From positions 26,598,001 through 26,662,000 of the forward strand of contig NC_135766.1 of NCBI RefSeq assembly GCF_052425735.1: a DNA stretch of 64,000 bases, read 5' to 3'. Position numbers and translations under genes: made by a program. Positions within the stretch are counted from its first letter, which is position 1. Each line of letters opens with the position of its first letter. This DNA comes from Oculina patagonica. Lineage: Eukaryota. Below the pieces are notes generated by a model. The model searched no databases. It was not told where the DNA came from and worked only from the letters and a program-made list of their open reading frames with translations. This document shows, piece by piece, positions 1 through 12,400 of the stretch.

Positions 1-460
1 GTCGGCCAATGTCTGATGACCGACTGTTATTTGCAGCCCTGCCCTAACCCCCAAAATAATAGCAACTACCACACTAGAGGACCTGCAGATGATAAGCTTA
101 CGAGACATGCTACACTACTGAGTGAGGATTGTCTAAAAGATTTTTGTTACAAATTTGATAATCGTTTTCAATAAAAATTCTGCATGCATGTTTTATCAAT
201 AATTTCTTTGCTGGTGTTCAGGTTGGAGCAGTGCTATTTGGAGCAGTACTATAACACTTTCACAAGATTCATGACACGTTGAACTTACATAAGCCCTAGG
301 GTGCATAAATTAAAAATTATGATTATAAAGAATTCTCAAGATAGATTACAGGTATCGAAGTGCTTTTGAAGAATAAAGAAACCACATTCGTAGAAACATG
401 GCCATACATTAGTGTCAAATCACATGTAACATAATAAATTCTATTTATGATTTTTCTTAC

Positions 461-3400
461 CTTATCAGTGCCTTCGAGCTTGCATTCTAAAGCCTTAAAA
501 CAGAGAATAACAAGAAATAAACACAATTAATGTCTCAGAAAAATAAACTCAGTGACAACAATAAAAATTATCTACTCATTTACTGTGAGCTTCGCCAATC
601 TTGAGAACTCTGTATGTTTTTCTTGAATATTTTCCTTAACTACTCTCTTAAACACTGGTTGTCTTAACTGTCCTAAGATTGAGATAAAGTTGACACTTGA
701 ACTCCCTTAGATTTACTGTAGTTGCTTCAATCAATAAGATTATTTGCACTGCTGAGTGAGTAAAATGCTACTTTGATGTAATGAAAAATAATTGGAAGAA
801 CACAATACCTGAAATGGAAGTGAGTTGACATGGCCAATAGCTCTTGCTGGTTCACGGAGGTTCGATATTGGAAGTTCCTCTGTGTTTCCATAGTCAACAT
901 ACTGAACCTCGACCTTCAAAACACAAATTGTTGATAAAATCATTCTCGATAAGGAAAATAAGACTGTAGCTATACAAGAATACTGTTTAAAACTAATAGA
1001 TGTATTATTTTCTTGCAATCTTGAAACTTAAAGCAACATCTGTAGTCGAAATGTGATACTATTCAAATGAATGCTATTGAGCATTACCGTACCCAAATTC
1101 GCAAGTAGCCAATCAGAAGCGCGATCTACTGTCCTGATATTCTACGATATCAAGTCACTGACCTGATATGCCCCCATATCACGGTCACTTTGAAGTAAAG
1201 TAGTGTTACCGAACGATGAATTGAAAAAAGGTTTTACAATAAAACAGAACTTCGTAATTTAAATTTAGCTGGTGTTAAGCGATAGTAAAAGGAGAAAAAC
1301 TTTCCCGCCAAAACTAAACTTGAGCGCGCTCGCCAATTGCGCGATGTTTGCCGACGAGTACTGAAACATTTAGACTGAAACAATGGAGTTGGAAGTTCCA
1401 CATTTTTCGCTAAATTTTGATTTTGGAAATTTAGAGAATGAATCTCCAAACAAACGAGTGGAACAAAAGGAAGAAGAGGAACTTGATAAAAGTGTTGAAG
1501 ACCAAAAAGGTATCAACACAAGCAGGTCAACACAATTTGCACTACGTACCTGGCAAGCATGGCTTCAACAAAGCGTTAAATATCACCGGATTTTTGGCCG
1601 AATTTGGGCACGGTAAATACCTAATCGTACCTTTTTGGTACGCTTCGGCTGCATATCAGGCTCGTTTGGTCTCGCCATGGGTATTTTGGCTCGACTGCGT
1701 CTCGCCAAAATACGAACCATGGCTCGACCAAACTCGCCTGATATGCAGCCGAAGCGTACCAAAAAGGTACGATTAGGTATAAGTACTGGGCCGTACTCTT
1801 GGTGTGTTAGTTTTCAAGTGATAATTTGAAAACGTTTTTAAACTACAATCTCTAAACAAGCAATACCTGTCTGTCCGGTAACACCTTGGAAACTATCGCT
1901 CTGTACCAGGCCCCATCTGAACACTTGGCACAGCAGATCTTGTCTTTGTGGGGATTGGACACAAACTCTGCAGCTTTCACTGGCTAAAAATTGAAGTTGA
2001 ACAACAACTTAAAACTGTGGCACTGAAAATAAAATATTTTTCCTACTTATTACCAATTTCACTGATACTTTCTAGGTCTTTTGTAAAACGAAATAGTTAC
2101 AGCTTTGTCAATTACTAAATCCTATGAGGAAGAGTTCCTGCTTATTGTGTTCTGACATTGTTACAGTTCTAAGATTGGAAAACTACGGCCTATGACAGTG
2201 CGTTTTTCTCAAAGAGGCATGAAACGATTAATTGAAGTGTTCACTACGGATGTTTACTCAGATTCTTTAATTCTATATTTACCATATAGGTCTGTGTTCA
2301 ACATTTGTATACCATTTTATTGATTTTAGCAAGTCTGTGAGTTCCCTTTGATAAGGAGAAACTACTTTTTCTACAAAATTTTGCTGAGGTCATCATGATC
2401 TAAGCTAGACCTAGCAGGCAGCACTGTTCCCGTTATAACACTCCTGCCCTGCTTAGATCCTTCAGAGCCAAGCAACTCTTCATCCAAACATTGCTGTTGA
2501 AAAGTAGTCTTCAATCTTTCATTTTTCGTGGTAATTCACTATTATACTCTAATCACACTGAAACAATTATAAAATATTTTGTAATTAATCTAAATACCGG
2601 TAACCTCAAAACACAGAATATGAGCGTGCATATTGTTTATTGATGCACAATATGAAAGCGAGCATTACAGGATGCATAACAACATTTTAGTCTCTGGGAA
2701 AAATTACTGCAGTGAGAAAACAAATAAAATCAAATTAGAGTTGACCGAGATGCCTCAAATGGCCCTTGCAAACCTTAAATAGTCTAATAGCCCCTAGAGA
2801 AACTTTACAAGCACGCCTTGAAATGAATACTTCTAAACATTCTCTTGAGAGATTAACATAGCATTACAAAATATATTTATCATCTCAGTGAAGCTCATTT
2901 AACAAATTCTTGGTCCTACTATTGAAGGTCATTATTCAACAAACCTGAGAGTAGTGTTCACTAATGTCTTCCATTAGTTCCTCCAATCTTGTTGTTCCAC
3001 CACCGGGAATTTGAATAAATATGTCACCCTGGAGTGTCACATATGTCACAAATGCATCGATTTGTTCTCCTACCTGGGATGGAAATAATTTAAGAGATAA
3101 CTATGTTAAACTAAAAAATTCAGGTTACAGTCCAGCTCTAATATTTCTAACAAACTCTCAAACATACTCAAAGGTGAAATTTTGGTTTGACCATCTATTT
3201 TTCATTATACAAGTAACACAGCTGCAACTTTCACCGGAAATCAACTAGCCGTTTTGCCCCTAACAATGGCCACGATAAAAATTAATTACAAAAAATATTT
3301 ATTAAGTTTTATCTTGCAAACAAATGCCAAGCATCTAACCAACCACATTAAATTACTTCTAGATAGCTGTGTTTTGCACAGCGATACAAAAAGCTGTGGG

Positions 3401-6400
3401 ACCACATGGATTGCCCAAAAGTTTGACCCTGGCTTAATGATAGGATCACTTTTTTAACGCGATTCAACTGAAAGGAGACATACGTTACCTTTGGTAAGAC
3501 TGGAGTCATTTCCTCATCTGGTATTACCAAAGACCGTAGCATTGTGTTGATATTAATATCTGCAGCTTCATCTGAGGTGTCATACAACTCAACAGAAGCT
3601 GTATTCCCAGACCTGCAACAGCACAAATAGAAAATAGGTTCAACAAATAAGTAAGAAGTACACTCTAACATTTATTACAATATTATAGTCATTGTGCACA
3701 CGCCTACGATGGTCAAGCAGTTAGCATGCATACATCAGACTGGAGATCCTATGATAAATGGGTCAAGTCCTAAACTCTGCCCTCATGTTGTGTCATTTGG
3801 CAAGATGTTCCACTCTGCAGGGCTAATATCTTCACCCATATGTATAATGGTTCTGACAAACTGCTAGAAAAACTTGACAAAAATGCTGGGAAATTCTGCA
3901 TGATGGGCAAGCATCCCATTCAGGTGGAGTGGCCAGTAGCAAGAAGCCTAGGGGGGAGTAGGTGAATTATGCTGTGAACACCAGAGTTATGTGACAGCAG
4001 TCAAGAGCAAACTGTTCACAGCCTCTCTTTTTCAATGCAAAAGAAAATGTGTGAGAGAAAATAGTGAGCAAAGCAAGCATGTCACATGGGCGTACCATGG
4101 GGGGGGGGGGGATGGAAATGGGGAGTGAGCAAAGCGAGCTTGAAAGACAAATATATCTATAGGTATATTTCTCTTGCTCCTGCCCCTTTGTGCCTCCTAA
4201 TTTGTGCTAACCTGCGATCAGGCGTTATTTAAAAGAAAGCCTGATCGCAGGTTAAATTTGTGCTGGCATTCAGTTCTCTTGCTGTTCTTTCCCTGTGTTC
4301 AATATTTGAGGGCTGTGAACAGTCTAGCCATGATCCACTATATATACTTATGAAGACTTCGATCTACTATCACCGCACATGATTCAACACACATCTAAAT
4401 GTACTTGTTTCTTTGATGGAGTTACTAATGAGGGCTACCAACCTTTTTATGACTTCTGCCACAAGATCCTTGCCAAGTGTCATGTGTTTCAGCTTAAGAA
4501 CAACTTCTGCATTCTTTGTTTTGGGCAAACCGTTGAGACTGATAGTGCAAGCCTTAAACACAATCAGAAATCTATGATTTAATATTTAAGAAGATCGAAC
4601 TGGGTGAAAGGAAATCACAACGGCATCAAGAGAAAAGTCTATAACAATAAGTTATTAACAAATTGATCACCAAAGGGAAATTGTTTTGATCTTTTAACAA
4701 ATTCTCCCACATATACTATAAGAATATGTATGGAGATCATTCAGAAGAATTTGTATGTGGATATTGGGGCTTAATAGGTAAAAAAACCTCTCTGCTGTCA
4801 ATTTATGCAGTTTGTTCATATGTACATGTAGTTCTATTTTTGCATTGCTCAATGTGCCCGTGAAAGGAACTTCCGTTTGTGGAGTACAGTCAACTCTCGC
4901 CTTGCAGACATCCTGCTTTTGCGGACACTGGCTATTACGGACAAAATTTAGATCCCCAGAGAAAGAGGTTTGAATGGAAATGACTCCCGCTATTACGGAC
5001 TCTCGCTATAACAGACACTAATTGACGCCCCGAGCATGTCCGCTATAACAAGAGTTGACTGTATAGGAAATTTTGTAGTGCCTCTATGAAAGAACATGTA
5101 TCAACCATCTCAAAACGGTTAACCCAATCCTACAAATCTTACTTCAAGTAAAGGTGCTGACATTTTGTAAATCTTGCAGTTTTTGAACACATCTCAAAAA
5201 TTCGAATAAGACTAAATTTTGATAAACATTTGACAATAAAAATAAGCGGCAGTAAGACACAACGTTTCGATGTCATCCTGACATCATTTTCAAGTGACAA
5301 ATAAAATAACGGTTCAACAGTGTTATATATGCGGTTAGAGGTGTGATGTTTCATTAACATATTTGTTTTAAACAAATAGTTTCGCGCGGATAGAATCCGA
5401 TTGCGTGTTCAGGCTAGGTTTATTCTTTCTAATAAACAACTTTTCGTAAATCAAGCAGTCCAGTTTTCCGCTGCATTTCTTTAGGACGGAAAAATTACTG
5501 GTAAGGTCGCCGATGTTATTAAGGCCGTGGTCGTTCTTTAAATGCTTCCCGATTGCGGAGAACCTATGTTCATCAATACGTTGGTGTAAGTGCCGGCTGG
5601 TATAGCCGACATAATCTGCATCGCACAGATCACATTGGTAATTGTACACAACGCATTGTTGATTTATTAAAGGTGGTTTTGGTTCACGCATCTTGAGATC
5701 TTCACCGATTTTGCGACTCTTGAATACTGGTTGAAGAGTGTGATCGATTTTCTTGCTCAGGTCAGATAGTTGTTTTTTGACTCTGTCGGCCGACGTTTGA
5801 TCTTTAAAAGGTAATACCACTCGGTGAATGATATCCTTGTTGTTAGGTACTTCAGCTGGCACGAGAGGATCTTTGGTCATCACTGAGGTGACAAAGTGAG
5901 AAATGGTTGAGTTAATTAGGCTTGCAGGGTACTTGAGGTTCGTAAACATCAGCTTCAGGCGATCACATTCAGTCACGAAACACTCCCATGTAGATGACAG
6001 ATGAAAAGCACGGTTTACCATGGTTTTTATGAGCGACTTCTTGTACCTTTTGTCGACATGGCTTTGGTGATGGAGCAGCAGGCCGGTATTTGTTGGCTTC
6101 CGGTAAACACTGGTTTCCAGTTGGTGACCTTTCTTAAGTATTTCCATACCAACAAATGGTAACTTGTTGTCAGAAGCTAGCTCCATTGTGAATTGTATGG
6201 ATGGGTGACAGTTGTTAAGTGTTGATAAAAAGGCTTCTGCTGCTGGCACATCTTTCATCGTGGCAAGCGTGTCGTCGACATATCGCCTGTAAAACTCTGG
6301 GAGCTTGTTGTCATGTTCTAATTTCTCTTTGATGGAGCAGAGAAATGCATTCGCCATAAGGGGTCCCAAAGGTGAGCCCATTGCCACTCCGTCAGTCTGT

Positions 6401-9400
6401 TCGTAAAGCTTGCCATCGAACTGGAACAATTGGTTCTTAGTTGCTACTTCAAGAAGTTGAATCAGATCAGGCTGAGTGATGTTCATCTTGTGGGTTTCGT
6501 TAAACCAGTTGTCTACGAACGCCTTTTCAGCGATTATTTCGATGGTTTCTTGAAGTGGTACATTGGTAAACAAAGATGTGACATCATAAGATACCAATAC
6601 GTCGTTCTCGTCGACTTTTCGGTTTTGAATCTCTTCTGCAAAGGCGAACGTATCAGAAATCGTGTAGCGATTAACTGACAGCGGCTTCAGTTTTTCATCG
6701 AGCCACTTGGCGAGGGCATAGTTGTAGGTACCCGTGGCAGACAAGATTGGTCTCATTGATAACTTCTCTTTGTGTGTCTTTGGCAGACCATAAAGGTGGG
6801 CAAGGCGTGAGCCTTTCACACAAACGGAATCGGCAATCTCCTTTGGCAGAATCTTACGAACCACAGAATCGAGGTGCTTCTCCTTTTCCAAAAGGGGGTG
6901 GTAATGTTTCGGTGGCCGGCCTTTCATCTTTGGTCTCTGCAAGCTGACAGGAGCGAATTTAGATGTGTCATTTATAGATGCTTGACTCAAAAGGCTAACA
7001 TAATCGGATTTGTTCATAACGACTACACCGGTACCCTTGTCTGGCTTCGTGACGACGATGTCATCTAGTTGTTTCAGCTGCTTTATGGCCCTTTGCAGTG
7101 TTTTCGGTGGCTTCGGTGATTTGCACTCGATGTAATTAAGTGCAATCGATCGGAGGGTGGCTGCGGTTAACTCTTTCTTGTCATCAGATAGAGTGCGCTC
7201 CAGTTTCCAGTACAATTTTTCGAAACTAGCTTGTACATCAATGGCGGATATTCGTTGTGGCAAGGAAAACTTTAAACCTCGGCAAAGAATGAGCTTTTGG
7301 AAAAAGGATAGTTTGTGTGATGAAATGTTCTGGATGTGTTTGTCGACATCGTGATCCTTGTTTAACAGCCTCATGATCTTGTTTGTGTGTTTAGACATGA
7401 CAATTTCGTAGTGTTTCTTCCGGAGGTTTACCATAGTTCTTACGATGCACATGTATTGAAGCGGCGAGCATTTTTGTCGAATTTCGTCGTAGATCGCGTT
7501 GATCTCGTCTTTCAAAGATACCTTCTGCTTGAAATTCGATCTGAGTTCCTCTTTGATGACATTGACGATGAACTCTTTTGATGACTTCGGCCATTTATTG
7601 GATTTTGTCTGATCGACCTTGGCGAACGTTGGTGTTAGTTCGAAGTTCTGGCAGAGATGAAGAAATTCAATAGCCCCATCGCATTTAACCTGTTTCTTGC
7701 TACAATCCTCAAGTCGCCTGAAGAAATGTAGCTTGTTGTCGCGTTTCAAAATTCGAATAAGACTAAATTTTGATAAACATTTGACAATAAAAATAAGCGG
7801 CAGTAAGACACAACGTTTCGATGTCATCCTGACATCATTTTCAGAAAGAACGACTTAAAGAACGACCACGGCCTTAATAACATTGGCGACCTTACCAGTA
7901 ATTTTTCCTTCCTAAAGAAATGCAGCGGAAAACTGGACTGCTTGATTTACGAAATGTTGTTTATTAGAAAGAATAAACCTAGCCTGAACACGCAATCGGA
8001 TTCTATCCGCGCGAAACTATTTGTTTAAAACAAATATGTTAATGAAACATCACACCTCTAACCGCATATATAACACTGTTGAACCGTTATTTTATTTGTC
8101 ACTTGAAAATGATGTCAGGATGACATCGAAACGTTGTGTCTTACTGCCGCTTATATTTAGTCTTATTCGAATTTTGAAACGCGACAACAAGCTACATTTC
8201 TTCAGGCGACTTGAGGATTGTAGCAAGAAACAGGTTAAATGCGATGGGGCTATTAAATTTCTTCATCTCTGCCAGAACTTCGAACTAACACCAACGTTCG
8301 CCAAGGTCGATCAGACAAAATCCAATAAATGGCCGAAGTCATCAAAAGAGTTCATCGTCAATGTCATCAAAGAGGAACTCAGATCGAAATTCAAGCAGAA
8401 GGTATCTTTGAAAGACGAGATCAACGCGATCTACGACGAAATTCGACAAAAATGCTCGCCGCTTCAATACATGTGCATTGTAAGAACTATGGTAAACCTC
8501 CGGAAGAAACACTACGAAATTGTCATGTCTAAACACACAAACAAGATCATGAGGCTGTTAAACAAGGATCACGATGTCGACAAACACATCCAGAACATTT
8601 CATCACACAAACTATCCTTTTTCCAAAAGCTCATTCTTTGCCGAGGTTTAAAGTTTTCCTTGCCACAACGAATATCCGCCATTGATGTACAAGCTAGTTT
8701 CGAAAAATTGTACTGGAAACTGGAGCGCACTCTATCTGATGACAAGAAAGAGTTAACCGCAGCCACCCTCCGATCGATTGCACTTAATTACATCGAGTGC
8801 AAATCACCGAAGCCACCGAAAACACTGCAAAGGGCCATAAAGCAGCTGAAACAACTAGATAACATCGTCGTCACGAAGCCAAACAAGGGTACCGGTGTAG
8901 TCGTTATGAACAAATCCGATTATGTTAGCCTTTTGAGTCAAGCATCTATAAATGACACATCTAAATTCGCTCCTGTCAGCTTGCAGAGACCAAAGATGAA
9001 AGGCCGGCCACCGAAACATTACCACCCCCTTTTGGAAAAGGAGAAGCACCTCGATTCTGTGGTTCGTAAGATTCTGCCAAAGGAGATTGCCGATTCCGTT
9101 TGTGTGAAAGGCTCACGCCTTGCCCACCTTTATGGTCTGCCAAAGACACACAAAGAGAAGTTATCAATGAGACCAATCTTGTCTGCCACGGGTACCTACA
9201 ACTATGCCATCGCCAAGTGGCTCGATGAAAAACTGAAGCCGCTGTCAGTTAATCGCTACACGATTTCTGATACGTTCGCTTTTGCAGAAGAGATTCAAAA
9301 CCGAAAAGTCGACGAGAACGACGTATTGGTATCTTATGATGTCACATCTTTGTTTACCAATGTACCACTTCAAGAAACCATCGAAATAATCGCTGAAAAG

Positions 9401-12400
9401 GCGTTCATAGACAACTGGTTTAACGAAACCCACAAGATGAACATCACTCAGCCTGATCTGATTCAACTTCTTGAAGTAGCAACTAAGAACCAATTGTTCC
9501 AGTTCGATGGCAAGCTTTACGAACAGACTGACGGAGTGGCAATGGGCTCACCTTTGGGACCCCTTATGGCGAATGCATTTCTCTGCTCCATCGAAGAGAA
9601 ATTAGAACATGACAACAAGCTCCCAGAGTTTTACAGGCGATATGTCGACGACACGCTTGCCACGATGAAAGATGTGCCAGCAGCAGAAGCCTTTTTAACA
9701 ACACTTAACAACTGTCACCCATCCATACAATTCACAATGGAGCTAGCTTCTGACAACAAGTTACCATTTGTTGGTATGGAAATACTTAAGAAAGGTCACC
9801 AACTGGAAACCAGTGTTTACCGGAAACCAACAAATACCGGCCTGCTGCTCCATCACCAAAGCCATGTCGACAAAAGGTACAAGAAGTCGCTCATAAAAAC
9901 CATGGTAAACCGTGCTTTTCATCTGTCATCTACATGGGAGTGTTTCGTGACTGAATGTGATCGCCTGAAGCTGATGTTTACGAACCTCAAGTACCCTGCA
10001 AGCCTAATTAACTCAACCATTTCTCACTTTGTCACCTCAGTGATGACCAAAGATCCTCTCGTGCCAGCTGAAGTACCTAACAACAAGGATATCATTCACC
10101 GAGTGGTATTACCTTTTAAAGATCAAACGTCGGCCGACAGAGTCAAAAAACAACTATCTGACCTGAGCAAGAAAATCGATCACACTCTTCAACCAGTATT
10201 CAAGAGTCGCAAAATCGGTGAAGATCTCAAGATGCGTGAACCAAAACCACCTTTAATAAATCAACAATGCGTTGTGTACAATTACCAATGTGATCTGTGC
10301 GATGCAGATTATGTCGGCTATACCAGCCGGCACTTACACCAACGTATTGATGAACATAGGTTCTCCGCAATCGGGAAGCATTTAAAGAACGACCACGGCC
10401 TTAATAACATCGGCGACCTTACCAGTAATTTTTCCGTCCTAAAGAAATGCAGCGGAAAACTGGACTGCTTGATTTACGAAATGTTGTTTATTAGAAAGAA
10501 TAAACCTAGCCTGAACACGCAATCGGATTCTATCCGCGCGAAACTATTTGTTTAAAACAAATATGTTAATGAAACATCACACCTCTAACCGCATATATAA
10601 CACTGTTGAACCGTTATTTTATTTGTCACTTGAAAATGATGTCAGGATGACATCGAAACGTTGTGTCTTACTGCCGCTTATTTTTATTGTCAAATCTCAA
10701 AATTAATGCTAAAAATTGTAAAATTTGTCAATTTTGGAGCTGCATTCAATCCTGGGCATAAGTGGGGATAGTAGGGCTACAAAGGACATGACACTGCAGC
10801 ATGTCCCTGCTACATTTGTGTGTCTGTGTACAAGTGATTACATGCCCCCTCGTGAGCATCCATCTTGAACTGGCAAGGCAGACAGATCTTATGCCACAAA
10901 CCTGGAAAGGCAATTCCAGAAATCTTGGTGGAATACTCCTCAAGCTTGAGGTGGGAACCATTCCTGTGTCCCCGTAGTCCATGTACTCAATCTGAACTTT
11001 GTCTCCTTTGACTTTAAGAACCTTTACACGATACCACAGACCCTCTGAATGAATTTCCTTGGAATAAATGGCAAATATACTTCCAGGGATGATTTTTAGG
11101 GCCTCTAAATAAAACAAAAAAACATTAAGTTAGTATAACAAGTTAGGATTATTGGAATGAGAGCTTGTGACTCTGATAACTATGGGGAGACAATGGGACA
11201 GGTTCATCGCTACATACAGATCATTTATTTTCTATTATGCGACCTGCCAGACCTGGCATCAAACCAACTTGCCTCTCACCTTTCTTTCCGGTTTGTGTTT
11301 TTTTTTTACAAGTTCACGACTGATACTCAACAATTCCAAATTTCAATTTGTTCTGGCTTAAATGGAATATTTGTCACTTACTCATACCCATTGCAATGGC
11401 TGGCACAAAACACAGCATTGTGCCCATGTAAAGCGGCTAGGAATATTTCTACTACCCCCTGAATGGGATGCTAGTCCATCGCAGGGTACCCTTCCCAGCA
11501 TTATGTCGCCGGTACCCATTTATACACCTGGGTGGAGAGAGGCACTATGAGAGTAAAGTGTCTTGCCCAAGAACACAACACAGTGACCCCGGCCAGGGCT
11601 CGAACCCGGACTACTCGATCCGGAGTCCGGTGCACTAACCATTAGGCCACCGTGCCTTCCATTGTGCACATGTAGCAGACACAAATATGACACACACAAT
11701 GATTCTTTACCTTCAGAACTTGGTTCTTCATAATGGCACAGCATACTCTGTTCCAGAGCTGTTAGTTTCTCCTAAATAATGCGGGAAAAAAAAAACAGAT
11801 TAGTACAACTGTGAAAAGTAAAGCCCAGCCCAGATAAGAAAATGAATCACCAAGAGTTGAAGGATGAGAATAACACGAGTTTTCTTTAACTCTTATTAAG
11901 GGCTGGCAAACTGTCAATGACATTTACGCAAAAGGTTTACAATGAAAGCACTCAACAGTCGAGAACAGTCACTAAAAGTGCATGCATTTCTGGCCAAACA
12001 AGAGCTTGAGGGCTTGAATTCTTGTCAACTGATCATTCACATCCGCCCCAGGCTTAATACTGACTAAATTGTGGGTAGAGGTGGGGCTTCAATGTTCTCT
12101 ACTTCTTAACAGAGCTGGTATTACACAGAGAAAAGCATGGGAATTAAACTGTACACTGACACAAGTAGGGCATCATCTCAGCAAACAGACCAAACCAGTT
12201 ATTACTCCTGAAGTCTTTTTATTAATTACCAGAATACCTTAAATGTTTATACTAACTTACAGAATAATTTTCTCCAGAAAGATTGACACAGATGTTGTCA
12301 GTGCTGTGCACATTGCAAACAAACACGTCTAGATAATCCTCATCTGGGACTTGTACCCTCTCTAACAAGGAAACAAACAAAAGTTATCAGCATGTTTTTT

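Larger units (their letters stand above)
7855..10693 (+). mobile_element. Penelope-like retroelement (right copy) with direct pseudo-LTRs (7855-8155 and 10382-10693)
   Basis: The 5' segment repeats the element's own 3' end (GIY-YIG tail + 3' UTR), the partial-tandem structure typical of PLEs. Intact ORF. Confidence 0.93.

Noticed and set aside
6430-9493. Paired short ORFs on both strands inside the Penelope copies
   Set aside because: Antisense or alternative frames, duplicated only because of the inverted repeat.
11590-11660. tRNA gene
   Set aside because: A/B boxes continue into a SINE body repeated elsewhere in the window; no complete cloverleaf.
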